Positions 53,069 to 62,735 of a stretch of DNA of 64,000 nucleotides are shown piece after piece. Within the stretch, counting starts at the first letter, position 1, and each line of letters starts with the position of its first letter. The position numbers and the translations under genes were made by a program. Source of the DNA: Acidobacteriaceae bacterium (GTDB lineage: Bacteria > Acidobacteriota > Terriglobia > Terriglobales > Acidobacteriaceae); contig JBPCNO010000047.1 in the NCBI GenBank assembly GCA_051001135.1, positions 972 through 64,971 of the forward strand, given 5' to 3'. The notes beneath the pieces are model-generated. The model was given only the letters and a program-made list of their open reading frames with translations. It had not been told where the DNA came from and did not search any database.

Positions 53069-54891
53069 CGGTAGCTCGCCGCCTGCATCTCAAACATGCT
53101 CGCATACCTGCCGCCCAGCGCCATGAGAGTCGCATGGGAGCCCTCTTCGACCAGCCTGCCGCCTTCGAGCACGACGATGCGATCCGCCATGCGCACAGTG
53201 GAGAAGCGATGCGAGATCAGCAATGCCATCTTGCCCTCCGTCAGCTCCGCGAAACGTTCGAAGACTTCAAGTTCGCTGCGCGCGTCAAGCGCCGCCGTCG
53301 GCTCGTCCAGGATGAGCAACTGTGCGTCGCGAAGGTAGGCGCGCGCGAGAGCCACCCGTTGCCACTCGCCGCCGGAGAGCTCGATGCCGCCTTCAAAGCG
53401 GCGTCCGAGCATCTGGTCGTACCTGCCCGGCAGCTTGGCAATCACACTGGCGGCCAGGCTCTGTTCCGCCGAGTGGACGATCTCCGCTTGACTATGTTCG
53501 CGCTCTACCCGGCCGACGCCGATATTATCGCGCGCCGTCATCTCGTAACGCATGAAGTCCTGGAAGATGACCCCCATCTCGTGGTGCAGGTCGTCCATGT
53601 CGTAATCTCGCAGGTCCACGCCGTCCAGCAGGATCTCCCCTTCGGTCGGGTCATACAGCCGCGTGATGAGCTTGACCACGGTCGTCTTGCCTTGGCCATT
53701 CTCTCCGATCAGGGCGATGCGTTCCCCGGGCCGGAGATGGAAGTTGAAGTTGCGCAGTACCCGCCGCTCCGTGCCGGGATACGCGAAGGAGACATTGCGG
53801 AATTCAAAGCCGCTGCGAATGGGGCGGGGAATCCGCAGGGCGTTGGGCCGGTTCTCGACCGTCGGCTTCATCTCGAAGAAGGCCAGCAGGTCGGTGAGGA
53901 AGAGCGCCTGGTCGGCGATACCGGAGGCAGTGGAGAAGACCTGCTGCAGATTCGAGCTCGCCTGGATGATGGCGCTGGTGAGCAGGTAGAACTCACCGAT
54001 GTTGCGGTAGCTTCCGCTCAGTGCGCGCCAGATGACGAAGGCATATGCGCCGTAATATCCGAGCGTGGCGATGATGCCCAGCAGTCCACCGGCAATCAGC
54101 TTGCGCCGTGACAGCGCAACGTTCTCGGTGTAAATCTCTTTGGACAAAAAGGTGAAGCGATTGGTGAAGAAATCGCTCAGGTTGAAGAGCTTGAGTTCCT
54201 TTGCGCCCTCGCGGCTCCCGGCGACCTGCCGCAGATAGTCCATCTGCCGCTTGGCCGGCGTCTGGCGGAAGTTCTTGGCATAGCCCAGGAAGGCGAAATG
54301 CGTCTCGCCCAGGAAGGTGGGCAGCACGCCCAGGGCGAGCAGCAGCACCAGCCAGGGCGAATACCAGAGCAGGACGCCGGTCCAGATGATGGTCGTGATG
54401 CTCTGCTGCAGCAGCCGTCCCATCTGCTGAATCATGGCCAGCCGGTCGGTCGCCTGCACCCGTGCCCGCTCCAGGCGGTCGTAGAAGACGGGATCCTCGT
54501 AGGTGGTCAGGTCGAGCTGCGCCGCCTGCCGCATCACCCGGACGCTTACGAAGTGTGTGTAGCGGTCGGCCAGCAGGCTGTCGGAGTAGTCGATACCGCG
54601 GGTCAGCAGGCCGGCGAAGACGTTCAAGGCAGCTTCCAGACCGACCATCCACCAGAAGTAGGGCCGGATGCCCTGGTGGCTGAAGACGCGCTGGACACCG
54701 TTGATGATCCAGGCCGCGACCAGCGAGATGGCCGTGGGCAGGGCCGCGACGACGATCCGCAGCAGGATGCCCCAGGTGACGACGGCGCGTCCGGATTCCC
54801 ACAGAATTCCGAGCACGGGTGGCACATTGCGCAGAGCCTCGAGACGCTCGCGCCATGCGCTGGTGGTAGAGCCTGGCTGACTGGATTCCAT
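53065..54891 (-). CDS. ABC exporter, fused permease/ATPase (MsbA/NdvA/ChvA-like)
   Basis: Start ATG 54891 (MESSQPGSTT...) inside ORF 53065-55044. Six-TM exporter domain. Walker A GENGQGKTTVVKL, signature LSGGEWQRVALARA, Walker B LLILDEPTAALD. The stop overlaps the start of the Cgs-like gene (53065-53068). Confidence 0.85.
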   Translation of the reverse strand: MESSQPGSTTSAWRERLEALRNVPPVLGILWESGRAVVTWGILLRIVVAALPTAISLVAAWIINGVQRVFSHQGIRPYFWWMVGLEAALNVFAGLLTRGIDYSDSLLADRYTHFVSVRVMRQAAQLDLTTYEDPVFYDRLERARVQATDRLAMIQQMGRLLQQSITTIIWTGVLLWYSPWLVLLLALGVLPTFLGETHFAFLGYAKNFRQTPAKRQMDYLRQVAGSREGAKELKLFNLSDFFTNRFTFLSKEIYTENVALSRRKLIAGGLLGIIATLGYYGAYAFVIWRALSGSYRNIGEFYLLTSAIIQASSNLQQVFSTASGIADQALFLTDLLAFFEMKPTVENRPNALRIPRPIRSGFEFRNVSFAYPGTERRVLRNFNFHLRPGERIALIGENGQGKTTVVKLITRLYDPTEGEILLDGVDLRDYDMDDLHHEMGVIFQDFMRYEMTARDNIGVGRVEREHSQAEIVHSAEQSLAASVIAKLPGRYDQMLGRRFEGGIELSGGEWQRVALARAYLRDAQLLILDEPTAALDARSELEVFERFAELTEGKMALLISHRFSTVRMADRIVVLEGGRLVEEGSHATLMALGGRYASMFEMQAASYR

Positions 54892-55046
54892 GTTGGCAGA
54901 GAAAGGCAGGCCTACGTACTGCCCTGCATGCCGCACACTACTCCCATTGAAAGTTGGAGATGTGATGCGCAAGGCGCTGCTCGCGTTGGCCCCGCTCGAT
55001 CGGAGGCTGCACCTGCCGCCGTACCTGCCGCATCTAGCAATCATCT

Positions 55047-56311
55047 ATGGATCTCGAGCAACGACGCCAACGGCTGATTCCGCTGCTGGGTCTGGCCTGC
55101 GGTGTCACCGTGTCCAGCCTCTACTTCAATCAGCCGCTGCTGCTGGAGATGAGCCGGAGCCTGCACGTGCCGGCAGCGCGGATGAGTCACGTCGCTGTGG
55201 CGACCCAGGTAGGCTACGCCATTGGCCTGCTCTTCTTCGTGCCGCTTGGCGATGTGCTGGAGCGCCGAGGGCTCATTCAGAAGATGGTCTGGTGCGTCAT
55301 CGCCTCGCTGCTCGCCGCCGCGGCCGCGCCCTCACTGGTTTGGCTGGTCCTCGCCAGCATCATCATCGGGCTATCCGCATCGGTGACGCACGTCATGTTG
55401 CCGATTGCGCCGGAGGTGGCTACCCCGGAAAACTCCGGCCGCGCTGTAGGCTCGGTGATGACCGGTCTGCTGCTGGGCATCCTGCTGAGCAGGACCTTCT
55501 CCGGCTGGATCGGCGACTGGCTCAACTGGAGGGCGGTCTTCCTGATCTCCGCCGTGGTGTGTCTCGGGCTGCTGGTCCTGCTCCGTCGCGCGATGCCGCC
55601 GCTGCCATTGAAGACCCCGGTTGCCTATGGTCAGGCGCTGCGATCTCTGTGGACGCTGACCCGGACGCAGCCGCTGCTGCGAGAATCGGCGGTGGTCGGA
55701 GGGTGTTTGGCGCCTTCAGCGCCTTCTGGACGACGCTGGTATTCCTGCTGGGCTCGCCCCACTACCGGCTAGGTGCGGGCATCGCCGGGAGCTTTGGCGT
55801 GCTGGGGGCAATCGGAGCCTCGGTGGCGCCCATCGCCGGGCGCCTGTCGGACCGTCACGGATCGAGGTGGGTGATCTCAGGTGCGCTCGGTCTCCTGATC
55901 GCTTCCTTTGGGGTGGTGTGGGCGGCGGGCTACCACATGGCGGGGCTCATCATCGGCGTGCTGATGATGGATGCGGGCGCGCAGGCGAGCCAGGTGGGCA
56001 ACCAGACGCGCATCTTCTCGCTGGCGCATTTTCCCGGAACCGCCTACAACGCGCGCAGCCGGATCAATACCGTCTATATGACCGTATACTTCACCTTCGG
56101 CGCGATCGGCTCTCTGCTTTCGGCGTATGCGTGGGAGCGTTGGGAGTGGCCGGGAGTGTGCGTGCTGGCGCTCGGTATGCTTGCATTGGCGGCGTTGCGA
56201 CACAGTACCGGAACCCGCCGCTTGCCGGGTGACCTGGCGGGCAAGCTGCCGATCGGTCTGCCTGAAGCCGATATCGACGAGGCCTTTCGCGAAGAGGCCG
56301 TCGGTAGCTGA
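55047..56311 (+). pseudogene. MFS transporter gene with a -1 frameshift near 55698-55706
   Basis: The N-terminal half sits in ORF 55047-55772 (...SLYFNQPLLLEMS...VATQVGYAIGLLFFVPLGD...LLRESAVVGG). The C-terminal half sits in the frame of ORF 54890-56311 (VFGAFSAFWTTLVFLL...GRLSDRHGSRW...MMDAGAQASQVGNQTRIF...). The junction lies in the GGAGGGTG run. 1265 nt = 422 codons minus 1 nt. Confidence 0.65.
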
Positions 56312-56641
56312 GACTGGCGAGAGGGACAATCAGATCGCGGCCTTCGCCGAGGCGGTCGCAATGCTACCTGCGGTAACTCGCGAGTGTTACTTTGTGTTGG
56401 CTCGTTGAGCGCTCCGCATGCATTCCTTCACAGAAACCATGACTCTTAGGTTGTAGAATCCGTCCCTGTAAGGATGTATTCGCCGGGTATCTGACGGCGT
56501 CCTCAGGAAATGAGTCACTCGAGGACGAGACGCACCCGAATCCATGGTCGCAGAGGGCCAGCTTTTCACGTGGCGACCAGGGATCGAGGCGCGCTCGCCA
56601 CGGCACCAGTTCGAATTTCAGGGCTTTGTGAGGTCTCACGC

Positions 56642-59600
56642 ATGTCGCTTACCATCTCCCGTATCTGCCAGGCCATCGCCGTCTGCGGCATTCTTCTGTT
56701 CTCTGCCTGCGGTCTCGCTCAAGATGTGACGCTTTCTCCTTCCACGCTCGCCTGGGGGAGTGTGGAGATCGGCCAGACCTCCCCGCTCCAGACGGTCCTG
56801 CTGACCAACCACCAGGCTGTGCCGCTCACCATCTCTGGTGTTGCACTGCCGCTCGGCTCGGATTTTATTCAGACGACGAATCCGACCGGAAGCCCGGCGT
56901 GCCCCATGTCCGCCTTCGGTTCCTCGTCCAATCCGCCCACCCTGCCGGCGGGTGGCTCCTGCGTCATCTCCATGGCATTTCGTCCGCTGGCCTCAGGCGC
57001 CCGCGCCAGCACCATGAGCGTCCTTGACAACGCGCCAAGCCACGTTCAGAGGGTGTCGCTGACCGGCCAGGGAGTGGTTGGCCCGCTGCTCTTCTCTCCC
57101 ACGCTGCTCACCTTTGAGAATGTCGCAGTGGGCGCAACGAGCACCCCGCAGAACGTGACACTGACCAATGAGCAGTCGACCGCTGTCGCGATCAGCGGGT
57201 TGAACGTGAGCAGCCAGTTCACCCAGACGAACGATTGCCCGGCGAGCCTGGCGCCTGGCGCAAGCTGCTCCCTGAGTGTCGCCTTCGCGCCCACCGCCGC
57301 GGGTTATCCCACTGGAGCCGTGACCGTCTCCTTTACTGCCGGTGCCGCTTCCGCCCTGCAGCTTTACCTCAGCGGCGCCACTACGCTGAGCTATGTGAAG
57401 ATCACACCCTCGGTCTATGACTTCGGCAAGGTACAGCTCAACACCTCCAGCCCTGCGCAGAGCTTCACCGTCACCAACAGCTACAGTCAGCCGGTGACCA
57501 TCGCCTCGATCGCAACCACCCTTCCGGACTACGCCGTCTCCTCCTCGACCTGTCCAGCAAGCCCCGCGACGCTGGCACCCAATGCGAACTGCGACGTGAT
57601 GGTCACGTTCAAGCCGTCGCAGGTCGGCAGCCGCTCGGATACCTTGACCGTTACGCACAACGCTCCGGGTTCGAGGGCGGTCGCCTCGCTGACCGGGACA
57701 GGCGTGTCTTCCACACCTCTGGGAAATGGGCTGTCGTTCTCGCCCACTTCGCTGGCCTGGGCCAAGGTGCCGGTGGGTCAGACCTCAGGCTCCAAGATCA
57801 TCACCGCGACCAATACTGACCCGGGACCGCTCACGATCACATCGCTCTCGACCGGCAATGAATTCTCGCTGACGGCGACCACCTGCCCCACCACCCCCGC
57901 AACGCTCGCCGCAGGCGCTAGCTGCACCATCTCGGTGAACTTCCATCCGCTGGCGCAAGGTCCGCGGTCGGACAATCTGACCGTTCTCAATGACGGTCCC
58001 CAGGGGCGGCAACAGGTGCCGTTGAGCGGCGTCGGCAGCATGGGACCCGTACTCTTCTCGCCCACCTCGCTGTTGTTCCCTGACACCACGCCCGGCAGCG
58101 TCAGCGCCGCCCAGACCGCTACGCTGACGAACACCCAGGCAACGCCGCTCACGCTGGCGGGCTTCCGCGGCTACGGTATGTTCCAGCAGACCAACAACTG
58201 CCCGGCGACACTCGCTCCCCAGGCCACGTGTACCCTCTCGGTCACCTTCGCGCCGTTGTCCCACGGCGCCAAGAGCGGCGGCATACTGGTCACCTTCGGC
58301 AATTCGAGCGCGGTGCTCTATGCGTCGGGCAATGCTACCGGCGGCAGTGGCGGCGGTTCCAGCTCCATCTCGATCTCGCCCAAGCACTATACCTTCCCCG
58401 ACCAGGCGGCTGGTACGGTCAGCGCTCCGGAGCTCATCACCGTTACTAACAATCAGTCCACCGCCGTCAACATATCGAGCATCCAGATCGGCGCGCCCTT
58501 CATCGAGACGAACAACTGCGGCTCGGTACTGGCCGCCGGTGCGAGCTGCACTGTCACGCTTACCTACGCGCCGCCGGTGAAGGGCTATACCGCCACCAAT
58601 CTCACCATCACGGACAACGGAGCCGGCTCGCCGCAATTTATCCCCATCGCCGGCAACTCCATTAACGCGGTGACCGTGGTGCCCCACGGCCAGAGCGTCA
58701 CCTTCTATCGCCAGATCGTGAAGACAACAAGCTCGCCGCAGATGGTGACTATCACCAACAACGAGTCCGTCGCCATCACAATCCAATCCATCTCCACGAC
58801 CGCGGACTTTCCCATCACCACCAATTGCACCGCGGGGGGCGGTAGTGGCAGCCTCGGTCCGCAGTCGAGCTGCACTATCAATGTGATCTTCGATCCGCAG
58901 TTCATCGGCGTACGCAATACCACCATGAACATCGTCACCAACACGCCTGGCAGTCCGATCAAGATCGCGCTCTACGGCAGCGGCTTTGCGGATCCCACAG
59001 CGGCCGCGAGGGTCTTTGTCGCACCCGACCGTTCGTGCGTGGGGCCCTCCGCTGCACAGCAGTTCACCGCACAAGTGCAGAATGGCGGCACCAGCACTGT
59101 TGCCTGGTATGTGGATAACACTCTGAACGGAAGCGCTCTGGCCGGCGCCATCACGCAGGCCGGTCTCTACACCGCTCCGGCCGCGGCGGGCAGCCACACG
59201 ATCGCCGCTAAACTTCAGCCCAGTGGGATCACCGGAAGCACCACGGCGACGATCACGGCGAATCCAACCTTGAGTCTCTATCCCGCCACGATTTCGCTCT
59301 CGGTCGGCACTCAACAGACCTTCAATCCGCAGGTCTGCCTGGTTCCCGACACCCATCCAGTGGCCTATGCCGTAGACGACATCACCGGAGGAAACGCGAC
59401 CATCGGCATCATCAGCGCTGGAGGCGTGTACACGGCGCCTGCGACTCCCGGAACACACATCATTCGCGCCACGGATTCCGTCCTCAACAAGGCCGGATTC
59501 GCGACCGTCAACGTATCCTCGGGGCTGTCTGCCGATTTTGGGTCACGCACGGACACCTCCCGCCCCATCCCGGCGGAGCTTTTCGGTTTCGGCAGGGCTG

Positions 59601-60937
59601 AATCTCTGCACAACTCGGCTGACGGGCAGCTTCTCGCCGGCGCTGGCCTGACCACCGGCCGGCTCTACGCAAACGTCCCCGCTGTCTTCGCAACCACCAC
59701 GCCGGATTGGACGAAGATCGATCCCATGATCGCAACTTTGAAAGCCGCCGGTGTTCGCCCCATTCTCCAGGTGGCATTCACGCCTCCCTGGCTGCAGCCG
59801 AGCCCCAACCCCTGCGCTCCGGGCGTGACTGATGCGGTGCCTACCGATGTGAACAAATGGGGACAGATCGCTGCCGCCTACGTCGCGCACATGGACGCGA
59901 CCTTCCCCGGCCTGATCCAGGACTACGAGATCTGGAACGAGCCGAACACAGGAAGCCTGTGTGCAGGTAAGGTGTCGAAGCTGCAGGCCTATCTGTCGAT
60001 CTACGCCGCGGCCGCGCCGTTAATGAAACAGCAGGCGCAGGCGGATGGGGCAACCATCCGTATCGGCGGTCCGGTGACTTCCAACGTCATCAGCCAATGG
60101 TTCCAGGCACTCCTGTCCAATCCGTCCACCGCGCCGTATGTGGACTTCGTCAGCTATCACCAGTACATCTACGGGACGGCCAATCTAAACGCCACCTGGG
60201 ATACCTATAACGGCGTTCCCTCGATGTATCAACGGACACAGGACCACAGCGTCGGCGCCGTCGCCGTCTATACACAGGCAGAGGCTCTCGTTGCAGCAGG
60301 CAAGCAGCCCCTGGGCGCAAACACACCCATCTACCTCACCGAGTACAACACCAACTACACATTCAGCAAGGATTGCTGCCGCAACGATCCCACCTATGCT
60401 CCGGTGTGGAACGCGCTCTATGTGAGCGACCTGCTCAATACCGCGTATACCGGGACCGGCCACGTGCCCGCGAAGCTGGTGTATTTTGCCGGAAACGCAT
60501 ACCCCTACATCTGTCTCATTGGAACGCTGAATGCCAATATGGATTGCAACTATCAGCCCGGGAGCACCCCGCAGCCGTATCCGCAGTACTACACCTACCA
60601 GTTGCTGGCCTCGAATACCTATCTCGGGCTGATGAACGGTGGATACCTGGCAAGCTCTGTTCAGCCGGGCACGGCGGCTGGCGGTCCAGTGGCCACCGCC
60701 TTCTACGACGCGACGCAGGATGCGATCCTCATCACCAATCCAACCTCCACCGACTATGGGGCGGTTCCGGTGACGCTCAACAATGTCGGATTCAGTTCTC
60801 CGGCCGCCACCCTCTATCAGATCGTCAACGGAGCATCCATCAACTCGTCTTCACTGTCGCTGTCGGCCCAGGGCTCCGGGTTCACGACGACGGTCAACCT
60901 GGCGCCCTATTCCGTGCAGGCGATCTCCCTCCGCTGA
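56642..60937 (+). CDS. Large secreted multi-Ig glycoside hydrolase: 7 choice-of-anchor-D/ASH-like modules, 2 Big_2-like domains, and a clan GH-A catalytic domain
   Basis: ATG 56642 (MSLTISRICQAIAVCGILLFSACGLAQ) inside ORF 56510-60937. Seven ~100-aa modules each carry a C...(L/T)A(P/A)(G/N)ASC...F.P...G pattern, e.g. TNDCPASLAPGASCSLSVAFAPTAAG. Two (G)(L/V)YTAP..(A/P)G(S/T)H.I Big_2-like units follow. C-terminal motifs DYEIWNEPN and IYLTEYN. Confidence 0.8.
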   Translation: MSLTISRICQAIAVCGILLFSACGLAQDVTLSPSTLAWGSVEIGQTSPLQTVLLTNHQAVPLTISGVALPLGSDFIQTTNPTGSPACPMSAFGSSSNPPTLPAGGSCVISMAFRPLASGARASTMSVLDNAPSHVQRVSLTGQGVVGPLLFSPTLLTFENVAVGATSTPQNVTLTNEQSTAVAISGLNVSSQFTQTNDCPASLAPGASCSLSVAFAPTAAGYPTGAVTVSFTAGAASALQLYLSGATTLSYVKITPSVYDFGKVQLNTSSPAQSFTVTNSYSQPVTIASIATTLPDYAVSSSTCPASPATLAPNANCDVMVTFKPSQVGSRSDTLTVTHNAPGSRAVASLTGTGVSSTPLGNGLSFSPTSLAWAKVPVGQTSGSKIITATNTDPGPLTITSLSTGNEFSLTATTCPTTPATLAAGASCTISVNFHPLAQGPRSDNLTVLNDGPQGRQQVPLSGVGSMGPVLFSPTSLLFPDTTPGSVSAAQTATLTNTQATPLTLAGFRGYGMFQQTNNCPATLAPQATCTLSVTFAPLSHGAKSGGILVTFGNSSAVLYASGNATGGSGGGSSSISISPKHYTFPDQAAGTVSAPELITVTNNQSTAVNISSIQIGAPFIETNNCGSVLAAGASCTVTLTYAPPVKGYTATNLTITDNGAGSPQFIPIAGNSINAVTVVPHGQSVTFYRQIVKTTSSPQMVTITNNESVAITIQSISTTADFPITTNCTAGGGSGSLGPQSSCTINVIFDPQFIGVRNTTMNIVTNTPGSPIKIALYGSGFADPTAAARVFVAPDRSCVGPSAAQQFTAQVQNGGTSTVAWYVDNTLNGSALAGAITQAGLYTAPAAAGSHTIAAKLQPSGITGSTTATITANPTLSLYPATISLSVGTQQTFNPQVCLVPDTHPVAYAVDDITGGNATIGIISAGGVYTAPATPGTHIIRATDSVLNKAGFATVNVSSGLSADFGSRTDTSRPIPAELFGFGRAESLHNSADGQLLAGAGLTTGRLYANVPAVFATTTPDWTKIDPMIATLKAAGVRPILQVAFTPPWLQPSPNPCAPGVTDAVPTDVNKWGQIAAAYVAHMDATFPGLIQDYEIWNEPNTGSLCAGKVSKLQAYLSIYAAAAPLMKQQAQADGATIRIGGPVTSNVISQWFQALLSNPSTAPYVDFVSYHQYIYGTANLNATWDTYNGVPSMYQRTQDHSVGAVAVYTQAEALVAAGKQPLGANTPIYLTEYNTNYTFSKDCCRNDPTYAPVWNALYVSDLLNTAYTGTGHVPAKLVYFAGNAYPYICLIGTLNANMDCNYQPGSTPQPYPQYYTYQLLASNTYLGLMNGGYLASSVQPGTAAGGPVATAFYDATQDAILITNPTSTDYGAVPVTLNNVGFSSPAATLYQIVNGASINSSSLSLSAQGSGFTTTVNLAPYSVQAISLR

Positions 60938-60976
60938 TCGCCAGTCCTTCGGCTACTCGTAGCCGAGTCGTTTCAG

Positions 60977-61023
60977 CCGAAGTCTCTCCCACCCTTAAGC
61001 AGGGTGGGAGACTTCGGTTTTTC
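60977..61023 (+). terminator. Rho-independent terminator of the large glycosidase gene
   Basis: CCGAAGTCTCTCCCACCC (60977-60994), loop TTAAGCA, GGGTGGGAGACTTCGG (61002-61017), then TTTTTC. The stem has one 2-nt bulge. Confidence 0.85.
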
Positions 61024-61197
61024 TGTACTCGCCTCAGAATGTCGCCTACCGCCCGACCAGTGCAGCGGCCAGCTCGGTAACGCTCTTACGGCGTTACCGT
61101 AGACAGCTCACGCACGCCATCCGTCTTCGTTTCGGAGCGCGCGGGCGGTAAAATCGCTGGATACCGGGTATTACCGGGGCAAGGAAGCGAGCAAGGC

Positions 61198-62577
61198 ATG
61201 CAGTCCAGCAGAACTCTCACGTACTCCGAAGATGCGTTGCGTGGTCCCTCTCAGGACAGAGACCCCGCAACCATCTTTCCCTGGGATTTTCGTTCCTGGG
61301 GCAGATCGCTCCGCACCGCCGGGCTGCCTGGGCTGGCGCTGCAGGCTTTGCTCATCGGCACCATGCTGCAGCTTTCCGATATTGGAACGACCGGGCCAAC
61401 GCACTCCAGTACCGCCAGCCTGGTGCTGGTCCGCGGGCCGCTTGCGCTACTCGCACTGCTGCTGTTGCTCTTCCGTCCTCGCGTCGCCAAGGTCGGCATG
61501 CGGGACGCCCGCCTGTACTTCATTCTCTTCGGTCTCCTCTATCTTGTTTCGCTCCTTTGGTCGCAGGAGCCCGCCGGTACGTTGGGCAAGTCCCTGGAAA
61601 TTCTGTTGGCCGGGCTGATCTCCCTTGAGATCAGTCGATATTCCAACGCGCTCGAGCGCGTGGAGGCGCTTCGCCGGATCATCCTGTTTACCATCTCCGC
61701 GCTCTCCGTCGTTACGGTGGTGGGCTACCTGCTGCACATCAGCGCATTCGTGCAGCAGCGTCCTGGTTTGATCACCAGGACAACAGCACAATCCCCCTTC
61801 CTCTCCGGTAACGGCCTCGGCTACGTAGCCAGCGCGCTGTTTCTGGTCGTGTTCGCGGACTGGCAGGCGCGCCGCATCGCCACCGGCTCCGCCATGCGGC
61901 AGATGGCGTTCGCCGTCGCTCTCTTCTCCCTCTCCGCGAGCCGCACCTCGTTTGTCATTCTCATCTTTACTGTCCTGCTGGTGATCTTTCGCCGGTCGAG
62001 GGTCGCCGCCGGGCTCAGCGCACTACTGCTGGGAGTGGCGGGGTTCGCGCTCCGACAGGTCCTGCTCTCGGGTCTCCAGGGACATCAGTCCACGAGTGAC
62101 TTCACCACGCTCAGTGGCCGCACCGTCCTTTGGTCGACTGCACTGCGCCAATTCAAGAGCTATCCGTTGTTTGGCGTCGGCGGGGGGATCGGCGGCAAGA
62201 CCGTCATCAAGAATATCGGCAATTACTATCTGCAGACCGTAAGCTCACTCCACAACGGGTTTCTCGAACTCCTCATGGGACTCGGTGCGATCGGGCTTAT
62301 TCTTGGCGTCTACATGCTCCTGCTGGTCACCGTCCGGGCGTGGCGCGCCTGGCGCGTACATCCCGAGTACTCCTCAACCTACGTGCTGATCGTGCACGCA
62401 TGGTTCACCACCATCATGTCCACCGGTGTGCTGGGCTGGATGGGATACGAGATGGCATTTTTCATGGTCATCCTGACCAATGTCGATCTGTTGCGCAGAC
62501 AGAATATGCTGCGTCGTGCGCCACTCCGAAGACCACTGTTCGAGCATGAACCGGAAGCCGTGATGGCCAGCGACTAG
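61198..62577 (+). CDS. O-antigen ligase/polymerase-family (Wzy_C-type) polytopic membrane protein
   Basis: 459 aa with at least 10 hydrophobic segments. A large loop followed by SLHNGFLELLMGLGAIGLILGVYML resembles the Wzy_C/O-antigen ligase signature region. The start may lie downstream of 61198. Confidence 0.65.
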   Translation: MQSSRTLTYSEDALRGPSQDRDPATIFPWDFRSWGRSLRTAGLPGLALQALLIGTMLQLSDIGTTGPTHSSTASLVLVRGPLALLALLLLLFRPRVAKVGMRDARLYFILFGLLYLVSLLWSQEPAGTLGKSLEILLAGLISLEISRYSNALERVEALRRIILFTISALSVVTVVGYLLHISAFVQQRPGLITRTTAQSPFLSGNGLGYVASALFLVVFADWQARRIATGSAMRQMAFAVALFSLSASRTSFVILIFTVLLVIFRRSRVAAGLSALLLGVAGFALRQVLLSGLQGHQSTSDFTTLSGRTVLWSTALRQFKSYPLFGVGGGIGGKTVIKNIGNYYLQTVSSLHNGFLELLMGLGAIGLILGVYMLLLVTVRAWRAWRVHPEYSSTYVLIVHAWFTTIMSTGVLGWMGYEMAFFMVILTNVDLLRRQNMLRRAPLRRPLFEHEPEAVMASD

Positions 62578-62735
62578 GCTCTGCTCCAGGCTGCGCTACC
62601 CAGTCGTAGCGGTCATGGATCTGGTCGATGCGCTGGTCGATACGCCGCTCCGTCTGCCGCTCGGTGCGCCGGTCTCTTCCGTAGACACGAACGTTCACCC
62701 CTACAAGTGCTGATACAGTTTCTACGGGTGAACCT

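Noticed and set aside
54890-55046. Reading the 473-aa ORF 54890-56311 as one intact gene
   Set aside because: Its first ~270 codons are Arg/Ala/Gly-rich junk overlapping the real MFS N-terminal half in another frame (55047-55772). Only its last ~200 codons look like MFS helices, hence the frameshift interpretation.
57785-59458. 557-aa reverse-strand ORF, and similar long antisense ORFs (689-1546, 5691-6908, 9166-10098, 24157-25281, 28396-29667, 39935-41188, 45756-47015, 63084-63953)
   Set aside because: All lie opposite genes with strong motif support. They are Arg/Gly/Ala/Pro/His-rich with no recognisable domains, which is typical of stop-poor antisense frames in high-GC DNA.
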